This document shows positions 41,797 to 55,355 of a stretch of DNA of 64,000 nt, piece by piece. This DNA comes from Octopus vulgaris (lineage: Eukaryota), in NCBI GenBank assembly GCA_951406725.2, contig OX597833.1:59086001-59150000 (forward strand), given 5' to 3'. A program made the position numbers and the translations under genes. The notes below the pieces were generated by a model that worked only from the letters and a program-made list of their open reading frames with translations, made no database searches and had not been told where the DNA came from. Every line of letters starts with the position of its first letter. The first letter of the stretch is position 1.

Positions 41797-42211
41797 CATA
41801 CATACATGCACACATACATGTTTCTGTGTGTGTGCGTGTATGTGCACACGTATGTATGTGCATGCACGTGTATGTGTGTGCACATATGTGTGTGCACATA
41901 TGTGTGTATATAGTGTCTGTATACACACACACACACCTAGAATTATATGAATGTATGTACAGACACATAGTTGAGTGGTTAAGGAGTTCACTTCACGATC
42001 ACAAGGTCCTGGGTTCAATCCCACTGCTTCATAACTCAGGAAGGAGCCTTTACCACATCATAGGACCAACCCAAACCTTGCGACTCAACAGATGGATTGA
42101 AATTAGGTAGAAATCTTTCCAGTGAATATTCATCCAGCTTTGAATTCATACAATGTGCCTTCAATAAAACTAGGGCTGATTCCATAGTTAGGATGACCGA
42201 GTTATTTTAAG

Positions 42212-42380
42212 CGTAGGAGTGGCTGTGTGGTAATTAGCTTGCTTACCAGCCACATGGTTCTAGGTTCAGTCCCACTGCGTGGCATCTTGGGCAAGTGTCT
42301 TCTACTATAGCCTCGGGCCAACCAAAGCCCTGTGAGTGGATTTGGTAGACGGAAACTGAAAGAAGCCCGTCGTATATATG

Positions 42381-42411
<31 letters not shown>

Positions 42412-42628
42412 ATTTTTGTGTGTCTGTGTTTGTCCCCCTAGCATCGCTTGACAACCGATGCTTGTGTGGTTATGTCTCCATCACTTAGCAGTTCGGCAAA
42501 AGAGACCGATAGAATAAGTACAAGGCTTACGAAGAATAAGTCCTGGGGTCGATTTGCTCGACTAAAAGCTGTGCTCTAGCATGGCCACAGTCAAATGACT
42601 GAAACAAGTAAAAGAGTAAAAGAGTAAA
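42212..42628 (+). mobile_element. SINE family B, full length
   Basis: Matches 24915-25326. Further minus-strand copies at 47805-48275, 55100-55523 and 56282-56681. Confidence 0.9.
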
Positions 42629-42826
42629 GTCTAAGAGTTATAATTTACATAAATAATTTAGTGCTGCTAAGTAATTATTTTGGGGAGTTTTTTGCTTTTC
42701 TTTTGCATTTAATTATTTTGAGTGAGTCATATGTTTCTTTTATGTTCTTGGGTCTTCTTTGAATAATGGTATTTTTTGAATAATAGTATTTTGAAGGAGT
42801 ACGTTGTATGCTTTTGTATTTCTCAG

Positions 42827-42838
42827 GTTACATATAAG
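42827..42838 (+). CDS. Candidate 12-nt microexon (VTYK)
   Basis: TGCTTTTGTATTTCTCAG|GTTACATATAAG|GTAGTT; frame-preserving in phase 0. Confidence 0.3.
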
Positions 42839-42882
42839 GTAGTTTTGACCATTATAATTCCTGACTAGTTATTGTTTTGACA

Positions 42883-43206
42883 TGTGAAGGCGCATGGCTC
42901 AGTGGCTAGAACATAGAGCTTATGGTCGTGAGGTTGTGAGTTCGATTCCTGGACCAGGCTGTGTGTTGTGTTCTTGAGCAAGACACTTTATTTCTTGTTG
43001 CTCCAGTACACTCTGTTGTAGAAATCACTGGTGCCAAGCTGTATCGGCCCCTTTGCCTTTCCCTTGAATAACATCAGTGACATGGAGAGGGGAAGCTGGT
43101 ATGCATGGGCACCTACTGGTCTTCCATAAACAACCTTGCCCTGGCTTGTACCTCAGAGGGTAACTTTCTAGGTTCAATCCCATGGTCATTCATGACCGAA
43201 GTGGGT
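42883..43206 (+). mobile_element. SINE family D
   Basis: TGGCTCAGTGG A-box, GAGTTCGATTCC B-box, TTCTTGAGCAAGACACTTTA core; second copy at 55783-56116 (minus). Confidence 0.85.
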
Positions 43207-43606
43207 CTCAGCAACCTTCCCGGCATCTTCAGTCCCCAATTCACTTCACTATAACTTAGATGTTTGACCCCTACCTCTCTCAGTCACATCTTCACCATTT
43301 TTCCCCTCCTTCCTCTCTCTCTCTCTCCCTCTCTTTCCACTTGAGGCAGTCTTGTCTTTCCTCTGATGCAAGACACCTTTATTGGTTCTCATCACTGCTC
43401 CTCCAAGTTGAGGAGTCTTGTCTTGCAAGTTACTAAAAGTTACTAAAAAGCACCCAGTCCTCTTCTGTAAAGTGGTTGGCATTAGGAAGGGCATCCAGCT
43501 GCAGAAACCATGCCAAAGCAGACAGCAGGGCTTGGTGCAATCTTCTGACTTGCCAGCTCCTGTCAAACCATCCTATCCATGCCAGCATGGAAAACAGATG
43601 ATAAAC

Positions 43607-43660
<54 letters not shown>

Positions 43661-43796
43661 GATGATGGTGGTGGTGGTGGTGGTGGTGGTGGTGGTAGTG
43701 ATGATGATGATGATGACGACGGTGACAATGATGATGATGATGATGACAACGATGATGATTATGATGATGATGACGATGATGATGATGACGATGACG

Positions 43797-43831
<35 letters not shown>

Positions 43832-44454
43832 GATGATGATGGTGATGATGATGACAATGATGATGATGACGACGATGATAATGACGAGGATGATGCTGGT
43901 GATGATAAACGAGAGAGCCTTCTTATTTCAGACATTTGGCAACCAGATGGGGTTTGACACTCAGCGATGTCAGCAATGCCAGATACCGATGGAATGCTGG
44001 AAGAAGCTGTCTTGAATCAGTGAGGGAACCAGTGTCTGGTGGAATCAGGTTTTGATTTTGGTTTGCATGTCCTGCAAAGCTGTGTGGTGTAAACCATGAT
44101 GTCGGTAAATGGAAAGAAAATAATCTCATTATGAGTAACTAAGAATTGTTTACACTGCAATTGTTCAAAGTCCAGCTAGGGTTTAGGGTCTCTTTCCTTG
44201 ATATCCTTTCTACTATAGGCACAAGGGGGCTAGTCGAGTATATTGACCCCCAATGCTCAACTGATACCTATTTCATTGACCCCGAAAGGATGAAAGGCAA
44301 AGTCAAAATGACTGCAACAAGTAAAAGAATAAAAGAATATATACAATAGTGAATTTGTTCAACTAAAACCCTTCAAGGTGGTGCCCCAGCATGGCTGCAG
44401 ACAAGAGACTGAAACAAGTAAAAAAACTGAGATTTGCATACATGTATATATAGA

Positions 44455-44976
44455 TAACCCTAACCCCACCTCTAACCCTAATCCTAAAATAGATTGAAAT
44501 GCAATAGATCGATACTAGAGTCATAATTATGGGTGACAATTTCATACGACACCGCTACGGAAAATGGGATTTTTTTTTCTAGCCATGTCAAATGAAAATG
44601 TCACCCATAATTATGACCCTAGTATCAATCTATTGCATTTCAATCTATTTTAGGATTAGGGTTAGGGTTAGGGTTAGGGGTGGGGGAAGGGTATCTTGTT
44701 TCCTTCGCAAATGTAAATAAACCCAATCTGTTTCTTAAACAAGGGACATATTCATACAGCACGGAATCTTTTCACCCCAAATGAAGGTGAGCAATTAGTT
44801 AAAATTGCCGAAATGCTCGAAATTTCAGACGAAATATCTTACAAATTATAGAATTTTCTCAATAAAGCCAAGAAAAGATGATGTTTTATAAACACATTCT
44901 ACCAGTATACGATGTTTAAAAGTGTTTAGTTAACTAGAAATTGTGTTGACATCTGCCGTTCAAAAGGAAAAGATCC
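44455..44976. mobile_element. Partial DNA transposon related to the MITE at 588-907, with an internal TTAGGG-bearing palindrome
   Basis: Ends AAAAGGAAAAGATCC; 44455-44545 pairs with ~44592-44675; (TTAGGG)4 at ~44657-44680. Confidence 0.7.
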
Positions 44977-44979
44977 GCT

Positions 44980-46680
44980 CATTCTAGACCTACATCTGCT
45001 TCTCCAGATAAAATATATATTTGTAATAGGAATAGTGATCCTAATTCTAATAGTGTAAGCAGCCCAATACATAATATAAATTCTTTACAGACCAGGGAAG
45101 GTAAGCGCTATTTAACCCCAAATTTCCAACCCAGAAATTTTCCCCCTACTTTTACAAATAACACCACGTACAATTCAAAAGTCACTAAGAATAGTATCTG
45201 GTTTGTAATCCCTTTCGGAAATCAAATTAAATCGAACCTTCCATTGCAGTTCCGTGAAGCTGTTGCTTGGAACTTTCCCAAAAATTCTAGATATTATTCG
45301 ATTATCAATTCCCACATAGTTAGAATCGCTTTCTCTGAACACTAGAAATCTTTCACAAATTATATCTTCTCACAATACCAAGCTGCTAAATAAAGGTTCT
45401 TCACCCAGGAGTTCCAACACTAATCTTGCTAATTCCAACCCTTCATACAATAATAATAAGAAGAATAGTATTAATAATAATAGTGATGGTAATAGTGATG
45501 GTGATAATAATGATAATAATGATAATAGTAATAGTCGTGTTAATAATAGTGGTAATGTTAATAATAATAATAATAATAATAACGGTATTAGTGTTGATAG
45601 TATTATTAGTTGTATTAACAATAATAATACTAACAATAATAGGAATAGTGTTGTTAGTGGTGGTAATAATAATAGTAACAACAATCATAGCAATAAAAAC
45701 TTTGTTTCGATCTCGGAGGACAACCCCAACAGAATTAAAGTTTTGTCTAATAATTCTAAGATTAAGAATTCTATATACCAGTGTAAAATTTCTTCCGGTA
45801 CCAATGTCTTCTTCTATATAGGTGCGTCCACTTCCCAGTTATCTCAAGAGAATTTCAAACCATTATTCATCATTTAGGGATAGTAAAAAACGACATAGTA
45901 CAGGGCTAAGTATATTAGTTTGGCGTCTTAAAGACAACAATATAGATTTTAAGTTAGATTGGTTCATACTGTCTGTATCCTTTCCTTTTGATAAGGGCAG
46001 GAGATTTTGTAAAATTTGCTACTCTGAACTCTTCCATATTCTCTTCTCTAAGTGTTGTTACGCTTATAGAGAAATCGTACAAATATAAACACTGGTAGAA
46101 ACATACTTTTTTACTCATATAAATGATTTCGATAGTCATTATAGTTTGAACAATTAGTTTAATGTGCACTCCACTTCAATAGAGAGATTCTTTCCTAAGC
46201 CTTTGAACATTCTTTTAATCAACATACCCTTCCCTCTCTATTTGTTCCCTATTTATTATTCCTTTAACCCTTCTCTTCCTACTATCTAACTTTGAAGTCA
46301 GTTCTACTAACGGTTTTTTTTAAACACTTATTAACGTTTTGTTTACCATGTAGGCAGTCATCGTAATTATTATTTTGTCTAGTTGTTGAGAGAGGCTCCC
46401 TTTCTTTCCTGATGAGAAGATTGCATCTTACACCGTTTATTCCTTTGGAATAAAACCATGTTGTCTTCGAAACATATGTCGAGAGTAAAGGAATTTTGCT
46501 AACATCTTCGTTCAACTCCATTTATTTATTTATTCATATATAACACACAAATTTCTGCACATGAACCCGGAGTTTCTACCTTTGGATAGGTCGCTTCAAC
46601 CGTGTTTCTGACGTGAATTTGCTACCCTGGTATCGGTTCATCGAATTTTCCATGTTGACGGTAAACATAGGATAATTCAT
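44980..46680 (+). mobile_element. 5'-truncated, frameshifted Penelope-like element (linker, GIY-YIG endonuclease, 3' repeat)
   Basis: KNSIWFVIPFGNQIKSNL...NFPKNSRYYSIIN...IISSHNTKLL, then NSIYQCKISSGTNVFFYIGAST and RISNHYSSF...LVWRLK...W...CKICYSE; hammerhead downstream. Confidence 0.85.
46399..46491 (+). ncRNA. Type I hammerhead ribozyme (canonical core)
   Basis: CCTTTCTTTC-CTGATGA-GAAGAT..GTCTTC-GAAA-CATATG-TC-GAGAG(T)AAAGG; predicted GUC cleavage after 46480; palindromic stem III. Confidence 0.85.
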
Positions 46681-46690
46681 TCACCTATCG

Positions 46691-46733
<43 letters not shown>

Positions 46734-46902
46734 TGTGTGTGTGTCTATGTTTGTGTGCTTGACAACTGATGCTGGTGTGTTTACGTCCCCCGTAAAAGAG
46801 ACCGATAGAATAAGTACTAGGCTTACAAATAATAAGTCCTGGGGTCGATTTGCTCCAGCATGGCCACAATAAAATGACTGAAACAAGTAAAAGAGTAAAA
46901 GA

Positions 46903-46955
<53 letters not shown>

Positions 46956-47117
46956 GAAATGAGGTACTCAGAAGATCGGATGGTTTATATTTACAGATAT
47001 TTATTTGTATATTACATTTTTTATATATATATCATATCACTTAAATCATTAGCGCTTTCTCCCATTCTAGTGGGGTTTTCAAATCAAACTAAGTTCCTGT
47101 GTGAGTTTTGACCATTT

Positions 47118-47173
<56 letters not shown>

Positions 47174-48027
47174 TATAAAAGGTGTAAGTTATCCTGAGGG
47201 ATACTCTATTATCTCTCGAATTGATTTAGATGCTGGTTATCCACAACGGTCCATTATATTGTACTAAAGCTTAGAAAGAGATACTGTTATTGGTAACTCC
47301 ACTCATTGGGCAATCCCATGTCCTTATTTAGAATTGCAAATATTCCATAGAGTATTTTATAACGTTGATAACGAAGAGGAGAGTGAAGATTTATTCACAT
47401 CCAAAACATTTTATCAAAAAGTTTTCTACACCATATATATCTCATATGTGTTCATATATGTGTTCATATATATCTCTGACCTACATATGTTTCAACTACT
47501 GTGACTGCACATTCCTCTGTACGTAATTATGCATTCTAGCCATTGCAATTTCATCAAGGGGCCATCACTCACGACATTTTCAAAGTGAACTGATTCAAAC
47601 AAGCGTCCTGCATTGGTATTCAGTTGAAGGGGATAAAATATATACCATTTAATTGACACAATACATGTTTTTAAGGGCTTCTAATAGTTTCATATGTTGA
47701 GAAATACCACGTATTCATCAGGCACAAACCACAGTAGTACATTGTGTGCATGTGTATGTGTGTGTGTGAGTGTGTATGTATGTATGTATGTATGTATGTA
47801 TACTCTTTTTTAGTCTTTTACTTTTTTACTTGTTTCAGTCATTTGACTGTGGCCATGCTGGAGCACCGCCTTTAGTCAAACAAATCGACCACGGGACTTA
47901 ACCTTTGTAAGCCCAGTACTTATTCTATCGGTCTCTTTTGCCGAACCGCTAAGTGACGGGGACGTAAACACACCAGCATCAGTTGTCAAGCAATGCTAGG
48001 GAGACAAACACAGGCACACAAACACAT

Positions 48028-48108
<81 letters not shown>

Positions 48109-48750
48109 TACGACAGGCTTCTTTCAGTTTCTGTCTACCAAATCCACTCACAAGGCATTGGTCGGCCCGGGGCTATAGCAGAAGACACTTGCTCAAGATG
48201 CCATGCAGTGGGACTGAACCCGGAACCATGTGGTTAGTTAACAAGCTACTTACCACACAGCCACTCTTGCACCTATGTATGTATGTATGTAGGCACAGAC
48301 ATGCAGACATGGCTGTATGGTTAAGAAGTTTATTTCCCAACCATGTGGCCAGGGGTTCAGTTCCTGCTAATGTTCAGAACTATAATCACAGATCAGCCAA
48401 TATCTTGTGAGCGAAATTAGTGAAAAGAAACTGAAGAAGTCCCCCGTGTGTGTATGTATGTGTGTACATCTTTCTATGTGTGTCCACATGGGTGTGTTCA
48501 TACTTATCTTTCGTCTTCACATTTGATTACTGGTCGTAAACAAAAGGCTCATACATAATGGTGTCGTTTTGTTTCCTGCTTTCTGCATAACAACGTCCAG
48601 ACTGTTTTTAGTTGTTTGGCAAGACTGAGTGGAGGGATTATTTCCTTGCTTGGAAACAGATGCCGTTTGGTCGGCACCAGGAAAGGAGGCTATTCCAAGG
48701 TAGTCTTGTCTGGTCCATGCAAGCATAGAAAAAGTAGATGGTAAATTGAA

Positions 48751-48808
<58 letters not shown>

Positions 48809-48907
48809 ATGATGGTGAGGATGATGAGGATGGTGAGGATGATGATGATGATGAGGATGATGATGATGATGATGATGATAGTGATAATGATGATGATGAT
48901 GATGATG

Positions 48908-48944
<37 letters not shown>

Positions 48945-48968
48945 GGATGATGATGTTGATGATGATGT

Positions 48969-49031
<63 letters not shown>

Positions 49032-49079
49032 CGACGACGATCATGATGTTGATGACGATCATGATGATGGTGATGATGG

Positions 49080-49112
<33 letters not shown>

Positions 49113-49319
49113 CGATGATGATATGTTTGAATGTGTATACGAATATATATAGAGAGACTGAGATATGTATCAATGTATGTATGTATGTATGGAATGCATG
49201 AATGCATGAATATATGGATGTACGAATGTAATCAATTTATGGATGTATTGAAAGTAATGTATGTATGTATGTATGTATGTATATATGTATGTATGTATGT
49301 ATACATATATGTATGTATG

Positions 49320-49353
<34 letters not shown>

Positions 49354-49387
49354 TGTATGTATGTATGTATGTATGTATGTATGTATG

Positions 49388-49421
<34 letters not shown>

Positions 49422-49559
49422 TGTATGTATGTATGTATGTATGTATTTATGCATGTATGTATGTATGTATGTATTTATGCATGTATGTATGTATGTATGT
49501 ATGTATGTATATATGCATGTATGTATGTATGTATGTATGCATGTATGTATGTATGTATG

Positions 49560-49590
<31 letters not shown>

Positions 49591-50001
49591 TTATGTATGT
49601 ATGTATGTATGTATGTATGTATGTATGTATGTATGTATGTATGTATGTATGTATGTATGTATGTATGTATGTATGTATGCATGTATGTGTATGTATGTAT
49701 GTATGTATGTATGTATGTATGTATGTATGTATGTATGTATGTATGTATGTATGTATGTATGTATGTATGTATATATGCATGTATGTATGTATGTATGTAT
49801 TTATGCATGTATGTATGTATGTATGTATGTATATATGCATGTATGTATGTATGTATGTATTTATGCATGTATGTATGTATGTATGTATGTATGTATGTAT
49901 GTATGTATGTATGTATGTATGTATGTATGTATGTATGTATGTATGTATGTATGTATGTATGTATGTATGTATGTATGTATGTATGTATGTATGTATGTAT
50001 G

Positions 50002-50035
<34 letters not shown>

Positions 50036-50073
50036 TGTATGTATGTATGTATATATGTATGTATGTATGTATG

Positions 50074-50104
<31 letters not shown>

Positions 50105-50338
50105 ATATGCATGTATGTATGTATGTATGTATTTATGCATGTATGTATGTATGTATGTATGTTTGTATGTATGTATGTATGTATTTATGTATGTATGTAT
50201 GTATGTATGTATGTATGTATGTATGTATGTATGTATGTATGTATGTATGTATGTATGTATGTATGTATGTATGTATGTATGTATGTATGTATGTATGTAT
50301 GTATGTATGTATGTATGTATGTATGTATGTATGTATGT
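48751..50338. repeat. (GAT)n followed by ~1.1-kb (ATGT)n microsatellites
   Basis: Direct inspection. Confidence 0.97.
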
Positions 50339-50542
50339 CTATATACAAATATGTACATATTAATGCAACAAGGTGCTATGTTCAGTGTTCGACTTGCCCA
50401 CTTACAGGTTTATAAATGCACCTTCCACAGTGTGTGTGGGCGGTTGCAATGATGGCAGTGGTATTTGTGGGCGACGATGGTGGGCAGGATGAGGATACAG
50501 CGTTGGTGGTAGTATAGTACTGATGGTATTCAGAAGGTATAT

Positions 50543-50775
50543 AAGGCGGCAAGCTGGCAGAATCGTTAGCATGCTGGGCGAAATGCTTAGTGGCATTTCA
50601 TCTGCCGTTACATTCTGAGTTCAAATTACGCTGAGGTCGACTTTGCCTTTCATCCTTTTGGGGTCGATAAATTAAGTACCAGTCACGCACTGGGGTCGAT
50701 GTAATCGACTTAATCCGTTTGTCTGTCCTTGTTTGTCCCCTCTATGTTTAGCCCCTTGTGGGTAATAAAGAAATA
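50543..50775 (+). mobile_element. SINE family A, full length
   Basis: Consensus match, followed by GGTATT. Confidence 0.9.
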
Positions 50776-52129
50776 GGTATTGGGAGTGTATAGTGGTAGT
50801 GTGGTACCTCTACCGCCACTACCACTACCACACAATTACCACCACTACCACACAATCACCACCACCACCACCACCACCACCACCACCACCACCACCACCA
50901 CCACCACCACCACCACCACCACACCACAAGTATCAGCACTAATACTTCTACCCTCACCACTATCATCACCAGTGTTGGTGGTACTGTAGTATTGTGATGG
51001 TATCGGGAGGATATGGTGCTAGTGTAGTACCACCACCACCACCAGACAATCCCCACCACCACACAATCATTGCCACCACCACTACCACACAATCACCACC
51101 ACCAGCACCAGCACCACCACCACCATCACACAACTATCAGCACTAGCACCCCCACCTCCACCACTATCATCACCAGTGTTGGTGGTAGTGTAGTACTGTG
51201 ATGGTACTGAGAGGGTATGGTGGTGGCAACAGTGGTACTGATAGTGGTGGCAAGGGACATGGGGTGGTGGTGGTGGTGGTGGTACAGTGTCAGCGGTATG
51301 GTGGTAGCAGTGGTAGTGGTGGTGATAGTGGTGATGATGATGATGGTATGGTTTTGATTGTACAATGTTAATGTTAGTGTGGTGGTAATGGTGGTGGGTG
51401 GTTGTGTGGTGGTTGTGGTAGTAATAGCATAAATGGTGGTGGTAGTAGAACTGATGGCAGTATAGTGGTGGAATGGTGGTGATGATAGTGTCAGAGTGGT
51501 GGTATGATTGTAGTGGTAGCTGTGTGGTGATGGTGTTCATGATGTGGTAGCGACATGATGGTAAGGGTGTTGTGGTGGTGGTGGTGGTGGTAGTGGTGGT
51601 AGTGGTAACTGTGTGGTTGTGGTATTGGTGGTGGTGGTGGTGGTGGTGAGGGTGGTATGATGGTGGTTGTGGCAGTGGAGTTGGTGGTGGTATAATGGTG
51701 TTCGGGGGTTGTGATGATGGTAACAGTGGTACGATGATGGTTGTAGCAGTCTGGCAGTATGGTTGGGGGGGCCTGTGGTGTTAATGGTAGTGGTATAGTG
51801 GTAGTGGTAATGGCATGGTGGTAGTAGTGATAGTGATAGTGGTGGTAGTGATGGTGGCGGAGGCAGCAGTGGTGGTATGATGGTGGTGATGGTAGTGGTA
51901 TGGTGGTGGCAGTGTGGTAGTAGTATGGTAGTGGTGGTGGTAGCAGTATGGTGGTGGCAGTGGTGGTATGATGGTGGTGATGGTAGCATTATGGTCATGG
52001 TGATGGTAGCAGTATGTTGGTGGCAGTGGTAGTATGGTGGTGGTGATGGTAGCAGTATGCTAGTGGCAGTGGTGGTATAATGGTGATGATGGTAGCAGTA
52101 AGGTGGTGACACTGGTAGTATGATGGTGA

Positions 52130-52970
52130 TGGTAGCACTATGGTGGTGGCAGTGGTAGAATGGTGGTGGTGATGGTAGTGGTATGATGGTGGCAGTAATG
52201 GTATAATGGTGGTGACGATTGCAATATGGTGGTGGCAGTGATGGCATGATGGTGATGGTAGCGGTATGGTGGTAGCAGTGGTAGAATGGTGGTGGTGATG
52301 GTAGCGGTATGATGGTGGCAGTAATGGTATAATGGTGGTGACGATAGCAGTATGGTGGTGGCAGTGATGGTATGATGGTGATGGTAGCGGTATGGTGGTG
52401 GCAGTGGTAGTATGGTAGTGGGAATGGTAGCGGTATGATGGTGGCAGTAATGGTATAATGGTGGTGACGATTGCAATATGGTGGTGGCAGTGATGGCATG
52501 ATGGTGATGGTAGCGGTATGGTGGTGGCAGTGGTAGAATGGTGGTGGTGATGGTAGCGGTATGATGGTGGCAGTAATGGTATAATGGTGGTGACGATAGC
52601 AGTATGGTGGTGGCAGTGATGGTATGATGGTGATGGTAGCGGTATGGTGGTGGCAGTGGTAGTATGGTGGTGGGAATGGTAGCGGTATGATGGTGGCAGT
52701 AATGGTATAATGGTGGTGACGATTGCAATATGGTGGTGGCAGTGATGGCATGATGGTGATGGTAGCGGTATGGTGGTGGCAGTGGTAGTATGGTGGTGGG
52801 AATGGTAGCGGTATGATGGTGGCAGTAATGGTATAATGGTGGTGACGATTGCAATATGGTGGTGGCAGTGATGGCATGATGGTGATGGTAGCGGTATGGT
52901 GGTGGCAGTGGTAGTATGGTGGTGGTGATGATAGCAGTAAGGTGGTGGCAGTAATGGTATAATGGTGGTG
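52130..52970. repeat. GT-rich minisatellite with 120-bp unit (~7 copies) inside a low-complexity tract (50800-54300)
   Basis: Landmark GGCAGTAATGGTATAATGGTGGTGACGAT recurs every 120 bp. Confidence 0.85.
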
Positions 52971-53317
52971 CCAGTGATGGTATGATGGTGGTGATGGTAG
53001 TGGTATGGCAGTAGCAGTGGTAGTATGGTGGTGGCAGTGGTAGCAGTATGGTGGTGGTGGTGGTGGTGATGGTAGCAGTATGGTGGTGGTGATGGTAGTA
53101 GTATGGCGGTAGCAGTGGCAGTATGGTGGTGGCAGGGGTAGCATAATGGTATAATGGTATAATGGTGGTGATGGTAGCAGTATGGTGGTGGCAGTGATGG
53201 TATGATGGTGGTGGAGGTGCTAGTAGTGGTGCATGCATGTGGTGTATGTATCGCATTTGTGTTTGTTACGGCTGCAGTTGGTAATATTCCTGTTGTTGTT
53301 GTTGTTGTTGTTGTTGC

Positions 53318-53349
<32 letters not shown>

Positions 53350-53571
53350 TTGTAGTCGCTGCCTCCAGTGCCAACTGTTGCTATTGCAATGCAACAGATG
53401 CTGCCTCCCCGCCACGACCACCACTGCAGTAGTCTGTTGTAGTAGCAGACGCTCTACAGCCTTATACAGTATTATATAGCGTTATCATGGCTGATTCCGA
53501 CGACGTGGTCTCATTCTCGTTTGTTTTTGCTATTGTTGTTGTTGTTGATGTCGTTGTTGTTGTTGCTGTTC

Positions 53572-53603
<32 letters not shown>

Positions 53604-53789
53604 GGTGGTGGTGGGGTGTTGTGGGGGGAAGCTGACTTGTAAATGATGGCATTGTCATGTTTGAGGGCGATCGAGGATGATGTACCAAAGACATGGTGAT
53701 GATGACGATGATGATGATGATGGTGGTGATGGTGGTGGTGGTGGTGATGATGATGGTGGTGGTGGTGGTGGTGGTGGTGGTGGTGATGA

Positions 53790-53823
<34 letters not shown>

Positions 53824-53831
53824 GGTGGTGA

Positions 53832-53865
<34 letters not shown>

Positions 53866-53894
53866 GGTGGTGGTGGTGGTGATGGTGATGACAA

Positions 53895-53928
<34 letters not shown>

Positions 53929-53936
53929 GGTGGTGG

Positions 53937-53970
<34 letters not shown>

Positions 53971-54082
53971 GGTGATGATGGTGATGATGATGGTGGTGGT
54001 GGTGGTGGTGGTGATGATGGTGATGATGATGATGGTGGTGGTGGTGGTGGTGGTGGTGGTGGTGGTGGTGGTGATGAGGAGG

Positions 54083-54113
<31 letters not shown>

Positions 54114-55056
54114 CGACGAAGATGATGATGATAATAGTGATGATGATGACAGTGATGGTTTATAGTGATGATGATGGTGACAATGACGACATCAAAGACA
54201 ATAGTTACGCTGATGGTAGTGGTTATGAGGATGATGATGGTTATGATGATGATGATGATGACCATGGTGATGGTGATGGTGGTGGTGGTGGTGGTGATAC
54301 AGTTGTAGGTTGCTATACATGTGCAAGACTTGCTAAAACATGAGCGGAATCTCATCATAGCTTTATACCCACTACACACTAGACACACACACACACAGAC
54401 TACACACTACATATGCACTCACACACATATCCCTCACACATGCACACATATATGCATACACACACACTACTAACCACACATACACACTACACATCACACA
54501 TACACACACATACATACTACACATACACACACTCACTACAAACTACCCACCACACGCACACACACACATGCGAGCACACACACCACAGACACACTCATTA
54601 TACATGCACACACAAACACACACATATATGCGCACACACTACTCGCCACACACACACACTACACACCATGCACACACACCTTCACACACATACTACGCAC
54701 CACATACATACACACACACTACAAACTACCCATCATACACACACGCACACACACCACGAACACATTCATTACACACACTCATATATATATATACACACAC
54801 ACGCACACATTACAAAACTACTCACCACACATACGCACTCACTACACACCACACATGCATACAGATATACTCACACATGCACACATATACATGCACACAC
54901 TATTCACCAAACATATGCACACACACACACACAAACACTCATTACACACATTACCCACACACACACACTATAAACTACACACACATAGATACTGCTACGC
55001 ACAGCACACACTTACACATACATATTTTGCATCACACACACTACATACCCCGACAT

Positions 55057-55090
<34 letters not shown>

Positions 55091-55307
55091 GCATATCCCT
55101 TTTACTCTTTACTCTCTTTTACTTGTTTCAGTCATGTGACTGTGGCCATGCTGGAGCACCACCTTTAGTCGAGCAAATCGACCCCAGGACTTATTCTATT
55201 GGTCACTTTTGCCGAACCGCTAAGTTACAGGGATGTAAACACATCAGCATCAGTTGTCGAGCGATGTTGGTGGGACAAACACAGACACACAAACATATAC
55301 ATACACA

Positions 55308-55355
<48 letters not shown>

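Noticed and set aside
43931-44015. Acceptor followed by TFGNQMGF as the next channel exon
   Set aside because: No similarity beyond TF, and a stop after 27 codons.
49131-54394. Long ORFs up to 535 aa (MYVC repeats, poly-H/P/T/D/G)
   Set aside because: They are translations of micro- and minisatellites, open in several frames on both strands, with no domain content. The same applies to most of the ORF track.
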